Assembly: GCA_965199495.1 (NCBI GenBank) | Contig: CBDASK010000003.1 | Location: forward strand, 928,001-992,000 | Length of the DNA stretch: 64,000 bases | DNA from: Abditibacterium sp. | GTDB taxonomy: Bacteria > Armatimonadota > Abditibacteriia > Abditibacteriales > Abditibacteriaceae | Direction of reading: 5' to 3' | Shown: piece after piece, positions 8,901 through 18,357 of the stretch | How positions within the stretch are numbered: position 1 is the stretch's first letter | Layout: each line of letters starts with the position of its first letter | Position numbers and translations under genes: made by a program | Notes under the pieces: generated by a model | Told to the model about the DNA's origin: nothing | Database searches by the model: none | Seen by the model: only the letters and a program-made list of their open reading frames with translations

Positions 8901-9614
8901 ATGGCAAAGAAGCACATTTTAGTCGTGGCAAACGACAAGACAATCTGTCAGGGACTGGTTAACCAACTCAAAGAGGTTGGCTACGAAGGCACAATCGCAG
9001 TGACATCGCAAGAAGCGATGGATCGTCTGCGCGAGGCGCGTCCCGACGCGATTTTGATGGGACTCGATGGCGAAGGCGTGGACGAAGGTCTGCTGGACGA
9101 GCTGCGCGGCGAAGGCGATTACTCGACCGGCGCACCGATTGTGGTTTTGGCCAACAAGGGCAGCGAAAGCGCCGCGCTTTCGGCCATTGACATGGGCGCC
9201 GACGATTTCATCGTGAAGCCGATGCGCGCCAGCGAACTGGCCGCGCGCCTCGAATTCTCGATGTCGCGCGCGCGCCATTCGAGCGCGCCCTCGCCCGCCA
9301 AAGCCCTGCGCGCTGGCCCGATTTTCCTTAACGCCGACCGCCGCGAAACCTACGTGCGCCTCGACAACGGCGAGATTCGCCCGTTGAATTTGACCAAACG
9401 CGAGTTCGCATTGATGCGCGCCATGATGGCCCGCAAAAACACGATGATGACGCGTCAACAATTGGTCGAGGAAGCCTTTGGCGAGAACACCAAAGTCAAC
9501 CCGAACAACTTGGGCGCTTACATTCACCGTCTGCGCGAAAAGGTCGAACCCGACCCCAGCCACCCGCGCCATATCCTGACCGACCGTGGTCTGGGCTTCA
9601 AAGTCGTGGATTAG
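8901..9614 (+). CDS. OmpR/PhoB-type response regulator with atypical receiver
   Basis: GADDFIVKP; C-term LTKREF.L, YIHRLREKVEPDPS.P.HILT.RG.G winged helix. Confidence 0.9.
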   Translation: MAKKHILVVANDKTICQGLVNQLKEVGYEGTIAVTSQEAMDRLREARPDAILMGLDGEGVDEGLLDELRGEGDYSTGAPIVVLANKGSESAALSAIDMGADDFIVKPMRASELAARLEFSMSRARHSSAPSPAKALRAGPIFLNADRRETYVRLDNGEIRPLNLTKREFALMRAMMARKNTMMTRQQLVEEAFGENTKVNPNNLGAYIHRLREKVEPDPSHPRHILTDRGLGFKVVD

Positions 9615-9627
9615 TTTTGGAGCGAAT

Positions 9628-9665
9628 AAAACAGCGCCGCGATATTTGTTGCGGCGCTGTTTTTT
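9628..9665 (+). terminator. Intrinsic terminator
   Basis: aaaacagcgccgc...gcggcgctgttttt after the response regulator stop. Confidence 0.8.
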
Positions 9666-9674
9666 GTTTTGGAT

Positions 9675-9918
9675 GGGCTGATGTTTTGTGGCACATTTCA
9701 AGATTGAGGAAATTATAACTCACACCCCCACTGCCTTCGGCATCTCCCCCTCCGAGAGGGGAAGAATGCCTCATCAGGTTGAAGAACTTTCTTGGTTAAA
9801 TACGACGCAGCGAGGTAAATGAGGCACTCTTCCCCTCTCGGAGGGGGAGATGCCGAAGGCAGTGGGGGTGTGAGTTATAATTTCCTCAATCTTGAAATGT
9901 GCCACAAAACATCAGCCC
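9675..9918. repeat. Long inverted repeat (100-bp arms, 1 mismatch, 44-bp spacer), CACCCCC...GAGGGG family
   Basis: 9675-9774 vs 9819-9918; lies between convergent genes. Confidence 0.95.
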
Positions 9919-9924
9919 CAGCCC

Positions 9925-11001
9925 TCACTTCCAAACAACAGCCACGTCGCTGACCAACGCGCGATGATCGGACGCATTCGTCGGTACGACGGTGCTGCGC
10001 CGCGCGCTCACGCCGCGTCCGAGCCAAAGATAATCAATGCGCATCACCGGCAACTTCGCCGGAAAAGTGAAACCGCTCCCCAACCCGGCGCGCGCGAAAC
10101 TATCGGTCAGGCGCGCTTTGAGATGGCGATAAAACCCGCCGCGCGGTGGATTATTGAAATCGCCCGCCAAAACGTACGGGCGCCCGCTATGCTCTGCTTC
10201 GTCGAGCGCGCTGTCCAAAGTGGGCAACTGCTTCAAACGCGTTTGCGCGGTGCCATGAACCAAACGCGCGGTTTCGAGCAAACGGTTCAGACTGCCCGGC
10301 TTGCGTCCGCCGAAATGGCTACCGGGCGCCGATGTCGAGATATGCGCGACGATTACGTCCAGCGGCCCATTGGGTGTGCGGCAGGTGACGGCCAAAACGC
10401 GACGCGTGCTGGTTTTGAGATTTTGGTATTGCCGCACGTTTTCGATGGGCCAGCGCGAAATTAAGGTGACTTCATTCGCGCGCTGCGCGTGCCAACCGGG
10501 AAAACGTCCGATGAGTTCGGGCGTGCGGTCGGGACCGAAACCGCGTCGGCCCAGAGTTTCCTGCAAACAAACGATGTCGGGCTTTTGCGCCTTAATTACG
10601 CCCGCGATTTTCTGCGTGCCCGCGCTCGACGAAAGCACATTCCACGTCATTATCCGCACGCCGTGGCTGTTAACGGGCGCGGGCAACAGTCGCGCCCACG
10701 GAACGTGAACGCCCAGCAGAATCACGCCGAAAATGGATAAAGTCGCGCCGTTGAACCAACAAACGCGCCAGTTTTTCTTGCACGCGGCCCAAATCAGTAA
10801 AATCAGCGTCGGCAGCAAAAACGGATGTTGCGGTAGATAAAGCCCAAACGAGGTGAACGACGTGCGCTCGGCCACGCCGTTGATGAGAAGCCACCAAACG
10901 ACGAGCGCGCACAAATTAATCCGACTTAAAATCGGAAGTTTGCTGGATTTTGTTTTAACGGTGAGAATCGGCGAAGTTGGCAACAGAAAGAATTTAACCA
11001 A
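9925..11001 (-). CDS. Membrane-anchored endonuclease/exonuclease/phosphatase (EEP) family protein (start uncertain)
   Basis: MTWNV, PDIVCLQE, AGDFN, RIDY, SDH motifs; N-terminal TM segments. Confidence 0.9.
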   Translation of the reverse strand: MVKFFLLPTSPILTVKTKSSKLPILSRINLCALVVWWLLINGVAERTSFTSFGLYLPQHPFLLPTLILLIWAACKKNWRVCWFNGATLSIFGVILLGVHVPWARLLPAPVNSHGVRIMTWNVLSSSAGTQKIAGVIKAQKPDIVCLQETLGRRGFGPDRTPELIGRFPGWHAQRANEVTLISRWPIENVRQYQNLKTSTRRVLAVTCRTPNGPLDVIVAHISTSAPGSHFGGRKPGSLNRLLETARLVHGTAQTRLKQLPTLDSALDEAEHSGRPYVLAGDFNNPPRGGFYRHLKARLTDSFARAGLGSGFTFPAKLPVMRIDYLWLGRGVSARRSTVVPTNASDHRALVSDVAVVWK

Positions 11002-11045
11002 AATTCATCCGAGCAACATTGCGTTGGGTGAGTTCAACTGAAAAC

Positions 11046-14000
11046 TCAAACCATACTCGCGGCCTTTCGCAGCGCCTCAATCGCTTCGTCCGCCGGAAGC
11101 GGGCGCGCGAACAGATAACCCTGCGCGTGCTGGCAATTCAAGCCGCGCAAATCTTCCAATTGTTTGGCTTCCTCGACGCCTTCGGCCACGACATCCATGC
11201 CCAGATTTTTGCCCAGCGTCACGATTGTGCGCACGATTTCGCGGTTTTCACCGTCTTCCAACAAGCGCGCGACGAACGAACGATCAATCTTGAGCGTATC
11301 GAGCGGAAAGCGATGCAGGTAACTCAAACTCGAATAGCCGGTGCCGAAATCGTCCAAACCCAATCGAACGCCCAACTTGCGCAGTTCGAGCAGACGTTGC
11401 GTCACGATTTGCGCGTCTTCCATAATAGCACTTTCGGTGATTTCGAGTTTCAAAGTGTCGGGCGCAATGCCCGATTCGCGAATAATGGTTTCGACGACTT
11501 CGATGAGATCGGTCTGCGAAAACTGCTTGCCCGATAGGTTCACGCTCATCGAAAGTGGCTGGGCGGCGGCGAACTCGGTCTGCCATTTTGCCAACTGCGC
11601 GCAGGCTTCTTCTAAAACCCAACGACCGATGGGAATGATCCAGCCGGTCTCTTCGGCGATGGGAATGAACTCGGCGGGCGCGACCAAACCGCGTTCGGGA
11701 TGTTGCCAGCGAATCAAGGCTTCAAACCCGACGATGCTCTGATCTTCGACCCGGACGATGGGCTGATAATACAAGCGAAACTCGTTGCGTTCGATGGCCC
11801 AGCGCAGATCGGTTTCCAACTGCAACAGAGCCACGGCGCGCGTGTGCATCTCGGCGTCGAACACTTCGTGGCGCGCTTTCCCGCGCGCCTTGGCGCGATA
11901 CATCGCCATATCAGCGTCACGCAGCAGGTCTTCGGCCCGTTCGTAGTTGCCGTGTCCCAGTGCAATTCCAATCGAGGCCGACGAGAAAACTTCCTGCTTG
12001 CCCAACTGAAACGGTGTGCGCATTGCGTTTTGTATGCGCTCGGCGACCAAAGTCGCGCCGCTCAAATCGTTGACATCTTCCAGCAACAGCGCGAACTCGT
12101 CGCCGCCAAAACGCGAAACGGTGTCGCCGGGCCGCAAACACTCCTGCAAGCGCTGAGCGATGGCTTTGAGCAATTCGTCGCCCGCCAAATGGCCCAGCGA
12201 ATCGTTGATATTTTTGAAGCGGTCGAAATCTAAAAACAGCACGGCGAACAGATGATCGGGATGCCGCACCAAGCGCGCGAACGCTTGTTCCAATCTGTCC
12301 ATGAAAAGCGCGCGATTGGATAATCCCGTCAGCCGGTCGTGCAGCGCGTCGTGCAATAATTGCTGCTTATTGTCGCGCGTGGCTGTGATGTCTTCGACGG
12401 TGCCTTCGTAATAAACGATCGCGCCCTTTTCGTCGCGTACGGCGCGCGCATTTTCGGAAATCCAGATCAATTCGCCGTTTTTGCGCCGAATCTGCGACTC
12501 GAAATTCGAGACTTCCCCCTGCTCGTCCATAACCGCGACGAACTCAGCGCGGCGATTGGGTTCGACATAGAGTTGGCCCGCGATGTTGGAAAAAGTCGCG
12601 CGCAACTCTTCGACCGAATCAAAGCCGTAGATGCGCGCCAGACTGGAATTGGCGTCCAGATATTTGCCTTCGGGCGTCGTCTGAAAAATACCTTCGACGG
12701 CGTTTTCAAAAATCGAACGATATTTTTCTTCGGCCTGACGAAGCGCCTCTTCATTGGCACGCCGTTGTGTGATGTCGCGCGAAACCGTGTGGATTTCGGT
12801 TTCGCCGCGACCATTGATAAAAGCGTGTCCGGTAATTTCCGTCCAGACCCAGTGCCCATTTTTATGCAGCAGACGAACTTCAACTTTTTGATGCGCTTGC
12901 GAATTTTCCATCGAGCGTTGCAAGGCGGCCATTAAAATAGGAACGTCGTCGGGATGCGCTAACTCAAAATTGCTTCGTCCACTGAGTTCTTGAACCGTAT
13001 AACCAAAAATACGCTCGACGACTGGAGACACATAGAGCAGAGTTCCATCAGGCCGGTAGGTCGCCAGACAATCGCTGGAATTTTCGGCCAGCAGACGAAA
13101 CAGCTCCTCGCGTTGCGTCACTTCCTGGCGCGCCCGATGGGCTTCGGTAATATCGCGAATAATCCACAAAACGCCGTCCTCTTCGAGCGGCGTGATGCTG
13201 GCGGAAAACCATTTTTCCGCGCCCCGAATGTCCAACGGATATTGCACTCGCACCAATTTCTTGCTGGCAGTCACTTCATCAACAATCGCTTGAAAACGCG
13301 CAGCAATTTCTGGTTCAAAAATCTCGTGAACCGAGCGGCCCACAATCTCGCTTTTGGGCCAGGCCAATAAACTTTCGTCGTGCGCAAAAACCTTGAGATA
13401 AATGCCGCTACGATCCATGACGAAGACCGGATCGCGCATCGCATCGAAGAGCGCGGCCAATTCCTGCTCGGACTCGCGCAGGGCCACCTCCGAAATTTCG
13501 CGCGCGATAGCTGCCGCTATCATGTCCGCACTCAAGCGCAAACTCTCTTCATCTATCGCGTGCCAGACGCGCGTCGCGCGGCACTCGTCGAATCCCATAA
13601 ATCCCCACCACTGACCGTTGACCATAATTGGCACGATCAAAATAGATTTGATGTTTTGCGCTTCCAGGATGTGCCGATGAGAATCGGGCATAGATTCGGC
13701 ATCGCCCTGAATTATGAAATCGCTACGCAAGCTCTCGTTCCAGCGGCCCATACCAATAGCCGAGAGCTTAACGTTTTTCAATTCTGGATTGTCTATCTGA
13801 GATTTCACGCCGGGGGCGCACCATTCGTAAAGTTGATGATGCTGGATTTCTCCTGCGGGAGAAGTTCTATTTTCAAACAAATAGGCGCGCGAAACATCGC
13901 TTCCTTCGCCCAATTCACGTAAGAGTGCGGGCATCGCTTGTCGCCAATTACCGATGAGAAATCGTTCTGCCGCCCCAGAAATCGCGCGCAACACCTGCTC

Positions 14001-14117
14001 GCGCCGCACCAAAGTCGCTTCAACATCCGCGCGTGACAGGGCGCGAGATAACTCGCCTGCATCCAGCGTGTTCCTTGAAGAATGCAGTCCTTCCAATTTT
14101 TCTTCGTAATCGTGCAT
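11046..14117 (-). CDS. GAF-PAS-PAS-PAS-GGDEF-EAL diguanylate cyclase/phosphodiesterase
   Basis: GGDEF, EAL, DDFGTGYSSL motifs; HPDD-type PAS repeats; N-terminal GAF. Confidence 0.95.
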   Translation of the reverse strand: MHDYEEKLEGLHSSRNTLDAGELSRALSRADVEATLVRREQVLRAISGAAERFLIGNWRQAMPALLRELGEGSDVSRAYLFENRTSPAGEIQHHQLYEWCAPGVKSQIDNPELKNVKLSAIGMGRWNESLRSDFIIQGDAESMPDSHRHILEAQNIKSILIVPIMVNGQWWGFMGFDECRATRVWHAIDEESLRLSADMIAAAIAREISEVALRESEQELAALFDAMRDPVFVMDRSGIYLKVFAHDESLLAWPKSEIVGRSVHEIFEPEIAARFQAIVDEVTASKKLVRVQYPLDIRGAEKWFSASITPLEEDGVLWIIRDITEAHRARQEVTQREELFRLLAENSSDCLATYRPDGTLLYVSPVVERIFGYTVQELSGRSNFELAHPDDVPILMAALQRSMENSQAHQKVEVRLLHKNGHWVWTEITGHAFINGRGETEIHTVSRDITQRRANEEALRQAEEKYRSIFENAVEGIFQTTPEGKYLDANSSLARIYGFDSVEELRATFSNIAGQLYVEPNRRAEFVAVMDEQGEVSNFESQIRRKNGELIWISENARAVRDEKGAIVYYEGTVEDITATRDNKQQLLHDALHDRLTGLSNRALFMDRLEQAFARLVRHPDHLFAVLFLDFDRFKNINDSLGHLAGDELLKAIAQRLQECLRPGDTVSRFGGDEFALLLEDVNDLSGATLVAERIQNAMRTPFQLGKQEVFSSASIGIALGHGNYERAEDLLRDADMAMYRAKARGKARHEVFDAEMHTRAVALLQLETDLRWAIERNEFRLYYQPIVRVEDQSIVGFEALIRWQHPERGLVAPAEFIPIAEETGWIIPIGRWVLEEACAQLAKWQTEFAAAQPLSMSVNLSGKQFSQTDLIEVVETIIRESGIAPDTLKLEITESAIMEDAQIVTQRLLELRKLGVRLGLDDFGTGYSSLSYLHRFPLDTLKIDRSFVARLLEDGENREIVRTIVTLGKNLGMDVVAEGVEEAKQLEDLRGLNCQHAQGYLFARPLPADEAIEALRKAASMV

Positions 14118-14184
14118 GAAAGTAAAAAGCGGGGCTGGAATTTTGGCATTGAAAAATTTTTTCTTAACAGAAATTTTTCCAATC

Positions 14185-14200
14185 TGTGATATATTTCACA
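14185..14200. promoter_or_regulatory. CRP/FNR-family-type operator TGTGA-N6-TCACA
   Basis: tgtga-tatatt-tcaca, about 70 bp upstream of the GGDEF-EAL start. Confidence 0.6.
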
Positions 14201-14338
14201 GAATTGGCCGGATTGACAATAAATTTATGTTGAATAATTTAAATCGCTAATTTGAGGAGCCACCGGCATGAGTTGCGAGCTAAAAACCAAGAAAACGCGA
14301 ACTGAGAATCAGTCGCGTTTTCTTTGCTGCCGCTTTGA

Positions 14339-14839
14339 TTAAATGGCGACTTTGGCGTGGTCGCCCACATGTTCCTGTTCGCCCGTGACCTTCGATTGGA
14401 TAAAACCTTTGATGTGCGCAATAGTGCTGGACGGCGCGTCCCAATATTCGGCGCCACCGACTTCGACTTTGAGTAAAGCCAGTTCGGGATCGTCCAATCC
14501 ATCGGGGAACCACGCCTCGAACTGCGGCTTCCAATATTTTTCGTTGAGCGCTTTGTCAACGACCAAACGGGCATTGCCCGCGAGCGAAACGTAATCCTGG
14601 TTTGACGGATCGGAATAGGCGACGTTGACGCGCGGTTCTTTGCCGATTTGCTCGACTTTTGCCGAATCTTTTTTGGTAAAAAACCAGACTTCGCCATCGA
14701 AATCCATTTCTAAAATTGCCATTGGGCGAGCGTGAAAATGGCCCTCATCGCTGACGCTGGTCAGCATGGCGATGGTCTTACCTTTGATGAGTTCGTTAAT
14801 CTTTTCGATGGCCTGCGAATGAGTGGGTTGGGGTGACAT
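14339..14839 (-). CDS. Pyridoxamine 5'-phosphate oxidase-like general stress protein (GSP26 type)
   Basis: AMLTS...HARPM, VWFFT..DS.KV, YVSLAG, WFPDG.DDP, AEYWD. Confidence 0.9.
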   Translation of the reverse strand: MSPQPTHSQAIEKINELIKGKTIAMLTSVSDEGHFHARPMAILEMDFDGEVWFFTKKDSAKVEQIGKEPRVNVAYSDPSNQDYVSLAGNARLVVDKALNEKYWKPQFEAWFPDGLDDPELALLKVEVGGAEYWDAPSSTIAHIKGFIQSKVTGEQEHVGDHAKVAI

Positions 14840-14892
14840 TACTATATTTTCCTCGGCAGATTCATTGAGCATGAAAGGTGCCAAGCCTTTTC

Positions 14893-16152
14893 CTACTTGC
14901 GCATGATCGGCGTGCCGTCAATTTTCACGCGAAACAGTGAGTAAGGTTTGACGCGCAAATCTTTGCCATAATTGTAGCCCTTCTGGCGGTGTAATTGATT
15001 GGAAATCACATACAGATAACCATCGCCCGCGATGCTCATCGTGTCGGGCCACAACAAACGCGGGTCGCGCACGACGGTTTGATACAAGCTGTTGGGCAAA
15101 CGGCGCGCGATGGCATTTTGTTCGGGCAGCGTCACGTAAACGCGGCCTTGCGCGTCGGCTTCCAGCCCGTCGCTCATGCCTTTTTCGCCGTGATCAATCA
15201 CCGAGTTTTCGACCAACGATTCGGCGGCTTTGCCGTTGCGTAGCATGGCCGTCGAAACGCTATAAAGATGGCGCGAAGCGAGCGGACAATAGAACAAACG
15301 CGAACCGTCGGCGCTCAGCGCGATACCGTCTGAAGCGAACTTAACGTAGCCGGGAAATTTGCCCGGCGGCGTCGAATACATCGCGTCACCCTCGACATAA
15401 GGCACGAACTTGGGCGTGACCTGCGTCGAAAAATGAGTATCCAAACGGCGCGTGGCGATGCCGCTCGCCAAATCCACCACGATGATGCCGCTATCGCCCG
15501 AATCGGTGATGTAAGCGACACCTTCGCGACCAACAGTTAAATCGAAGCGCACATCGTTAAAGTAGCTTTTGGGCCGCGCGATGTCGGGCTTGAATTGAAT
15601 CGTCTTGACGATTTTGTTGGTATTTAAGTCAATACCGACGAGTTTGGGGCCGCCGGGCGCGGTCGGAGCGAACTCGATGGAGCCGGTGTCCAAAACCCAC
15701 AAACGGTCGGCGCTATCCACGACGACGCTTTGCACGCCGACAAAATGCGTGGCGCGTTCTTTTTGGGCGCGCGCCGATTTTTCCTGCGCCAAAACTTTGC
15801 GCGTGCCGTTGCTGCCGAACGCGTTGATTTCTCGCGAAGGAAACGCCACGGCTTTGCCATTGACAATTTCGGCGACGGTGAATGGCACGTTATCGCCCCA
15901 GCGCGGAAAATTGACGAAGATGCGGCTTTTTTGCGAAACCGTAACGCCGGTCGGCATCGGCCCGAAAAACTGCGCGACGGTTTCGAGTTGGCCTTTGGAG
16001 CGCGCCGCAGCAACTTCGCGGGCGCCCAAATGATCGGTTGCGGTGGGCGTTTTCGCGAGATTTGGCGCGGACATTTTCGGTTGCGCGCCCGCCGTGGCTG
16101 CACTCAGAGCCACGGCGGCGCCCAGAGCGGTTAAAGAAATTTTTGGAATCAT
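14893..16152 (-). CDS. Major royal jelly/yellow family (L-dopachrome tautomerase-related) secreted protein
   Basis: Signal peptide; PTGVTVS...RIFVNFPRW, LWVLDTG, AYITDSG, DGIALS.DG, WPDT. Confidence 0.9.
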   Translation of the reverse strand: MIPKISLTALGAAVALSAATAGAQPKMSAPNLAKTPTATDHLGAREVAAARSKGQLETVAQFFGPMPTGVTVSQKSRIFVNFPRWGDNVPFTVAEIVNGKAVAFPSREINAFGSNGTRKVLAQEKSARAQKERATHFVGVQSVVVDSADRLWVLDTGSIEFAPTAPGGPKLVGIDLNTNKIVKTIQFKPDIARPKSYFNDVRFDLTVGREGVAYITDSGDSGIIVVDLASGIATRRLDTHFSTQVTPKFVPYVEGDAMYSTPPGKFPGYVKFASDGIALSADGSRLFYCPLASRHLYSVSTAMLRNGKAAESLVENSVIDHGEKGMSDGLEADAQGRVYVTLPEQNAIARRLPNSLYQTVVRDPRLLWPDTMSIAGDGYLYVISNQLHRQKGYNYGKDLRVKPYSLFRVKIDGTPIMRK

Positions 16153-16249
16153 AATCAGTCGAAAAGTTCGGACGAATGTGCCGAAAATCAAATGCTGTGC
16201 CAAGGCAAAACGAGTGCCCGCCGCGCGCCAATTGCGACAAACTAAGGGA

Positions 16250-16951
16250 ATGTCCTCTGAACCGAACTCTTTCAAGCGCCCGTTATGGCCGATGATGATT
16301 TTAGCCGTCTGCGCACTGGGCGCGGGAATTTCCGGCACCTTGTTATACACGCAAAATCGCGCGCCCAAAACCGTCGTTGCGGCGGCGCCCGATGCCAAAC
16401 CCGACGTGGAAACGATGCCCAACCCAATGGCCGATTTGCCATCCGCCGTACAAAATTTGCCCAAAGCGCCGCCATCTTCGGTCGCGCAACCGGTTTTGCC
16501 CGACACGCCGCCCGACTTGGACGCCGCGCCGCCCGCGCAGGCGTTGGCCGGATTGACGCCGTCCCAATCCGCGCTGATGAGCGGCAACTGGTATTTCGAC
16601 CACCAGAATTGGCCGCGCGCCATCGAATCGTATCAAAAAGCGATTGCGGGCGGCATTGACAATCCCAACGTGCGCACCGATTTGGGCAGTTCCTATCGCT
16701 TTATGAAGCAACCCAAACAGGCGATGGAACAGTATCAAATCGCACAAAAGCAAGACCCCAACCACGAAAACAGCCTGTTCAATCAGGGCGGACTTTACGC
16801 GTTTTCGCTGGGCCAAACAGCCAAGGGTATCGAAGTTTGGAAAACCTATCTGAAGAAATTTCCCAACGGCGAAAGCGCCGCCGCCGCGCGCCAACTGTTG
16901 CAACAGGCGGAATTGGGCAAACCGGGCGCGAAAGATAAAACCGCCGCTTAA
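16250..16951 (+). CDS. Membrane-anchored TPR protein
   Basis: One TM, Pro-rich linker, TPR-like GNWYFD...AIESYQKAI, VRTDLG, LFNQG. Confidence 0.85.
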   Translation: MSSEPNSFKRPLWPMMILAVCALGAGISGTLLYTQNRAPKTVVAAAPDAKPDVETMPNPMADLPSAVQNLPKAPPSSVAQPVLPDTPPDLDAAPPAQALAGLTPSQSALMSGNWYFDHQNWPRAIESYQKAIAGGIDNPNVRTDLGSSYRFMKQPKQAMEQYQIAQKQDPNHENSLFNQGGLYAFSLGQTAKGIEVWKTYLKKFPNGESAAAARQLLQQAELGKPGAKDKTAA

Positions 16952-16956
16952 TTTTA

Positions 16957-17048
16957 AGCCACGAAGAAGCACAAAAGGAACAAAAGTTTGGAAGAAATCG
17001 CCGAGATTTTTGGCGATTTCTTCCAAACTTTTGTTCCTTTTCGTGGCT
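16957..17048. repeat. Palindromic element, AGCCAC...GTGGCT family
   Basis: 30-bp perfect inner arms 16973-17002 / 17012-17041 plus agccacg/cgtggct ends. Confidence 0.9.
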
Positions 17049-17064
17049 ATTTAAACTCGACAAA

Positions 17065-18090
17065 TCAGTCTTTTTCTTTCAGCAAAAACCGGTTTGAAAT
17101 CGCTTTAAACGAAAGCCGACCCGCCAAAACTTCGCTTGTGCGTTCGTGAAGCGGGCGCACAACCAAGCCTTCGCGCTCGTTGGAGGTGCCGGGATATTTG
17201 CCTTCAGCCAACGCCAACAGCGAGTTTTGGTTGTAGCCAAACGATTCGCCGGTTTCGAGCGTTTCGACGGCGGGCACTTCGATTTCCGCCAAAAACTCGC
17301 GCGCCTCGCCGTGATCAAGATAACGCCGATTGGCGAAGTCGTAGACGTTGAACGCGAACAGCGTGATTTGCTTTAACTCCAGGCGATTCTTTTGAATGCC
17401 CGGCCCACAAATCTCGCCCTGAATCGCCATTTGGGGATGCGCGGCCAATTTCGCGGGCAAATCGTATTGGCGCGCGATGCGCCAGTAAAAACTATCGCCT
17501 TCCGAAATCGAGTAATTGCGCCCGCACGCCAGAAACTGTCCGTCGCGCGGATCAACGCAATAAGTCGCCGAAGTGCCGTCGTATTTGAGCGTAATCGCAT
17601 ACGGCGTCGCGAAAATCTCATCCAAAACTTCGGGCGCGCTTTGCACACGAATCTCGTCAGTTTTGGGCACGAAACCGGGGAAATTGCCGCCGATTTCGCC
17701 GCCGCTTCCGGCAGGAATTGGCGGTTCGTATTTAGTGACGCCCAATTTTTCCGTCACGTCGTCGCCAGCAGCCACGGCGCCAAGGTCGAATGGACTCAAA
17801 GGCAAAAACAAACCCTGCGACAACGCGCCGCGCAGTTTCATGGTGCGAATCCGAAACTTGTCGGGACGCGTTGGCACGCTGCCGTCTTTGGCCGTCCACA
17901 GAAATTGAAAATTGGGATTGTCGGGCGGAATCGCGTCAATTTCGAGAAAAACTCCCAGATCGCCGATCTTGAACTCGCCCTTTTTGGTGACACATTGCCA
18001 CCCGTTGATGCGCACCAATTCGATGGCGTCGGCGCCCACAATTGGGACGATTTCGAGCGCGCGCTGAACCGATGCTAATTTGCGTTCCAT
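17065..18090 (-). CDS. ATP-dependent RNA ligase, DRB0094/Rnl5 family
   Basis: MERKLASVQ start, GWQCV.KKGEF, LRGALSQGL, PKTDE.RVQ, KYDGTS (KxDG), QGEICGPGIQKN, REGLVVR, SFKAISN.FLLK. Confidence 0.92.
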   Translation of the reverse strand: MERKLASVQRALEIVPIVGADAIELVRINGWQCVTKKGEFKIGDLGVFLEIDAIPPDNPNFQFLWTAKDGSVPTRPDKFRIRTMKLRGALSQGLFLPLSPFDLGAVAAGDDVTEKLGVTKYEPPIPAGSGGEIGGNFPGFVPKTDEIRVQSAPEVLDEIFATPYAITLKYDGTSATYCVDPRDGQFLACGRNYSISEGDSFYWRIARQYDLPAKLAAHPQMAIQGEICGPGIQKNRLELKQITLFAFNVYDFANRRYLDHGEAREFLAEIEVPAVETLETGESFGYNQNSLLALAEGKYPGTSNEREGLVVRPLHERTSEVLAGRLSFKAISNRFLLKEKD

Positions 18091-18281
18091 GTTGAAAACT
18101 TCACTCCATCGCTCGCACTTTTGATGGTTTCGGCGCGTCATAAACCCCGGTAAAACCGCAAGTTGCAACCGGAAAAATAAGCGGAGCATCCGAAATCGGC
18201 ATCTCACAAACGCCGGTTTCGCCACGTCTTGTCCCACGAAATTGATAGATTTTTTCGATGTCGCATCGCGAGCGACTGAGA

Positions 18282-18290
18282 ATTATAACA
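18282..18290 (-). promoter_or_regulatory. Extended -10 promoter element for the RNA ligase gene
   Basis: TGTTATAAT on the minus strand, ~190 nt upstream of ATG 18090. Confidence 0.5.
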
Positions 18291-18308
18291 CGTATTCGAG
18301 GCGCGCAC

Positions 18309-18344
18309 AAAAAAGCCGAAGAGCAAATGCTCTTCGGCTTTTTC
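18309..18344. terminator. Bidirectional intrinsic terminator downstream of dps
   Basis: aaaaaagccgaagagc-aaat-gctcttcggctttt. Confidence 0.85.
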
Positions 18345-18357
18345 TGTTCAAAACGAT

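Noticed and set aside
16153..16623. Long N-terminal extension of the 576-aa MRJP ORF (and the 16043 start of the TPR ORF)
   Set aside because: Mutual overlap of divergent genes; signal or TM sequences support starts at 16152 and 16250.
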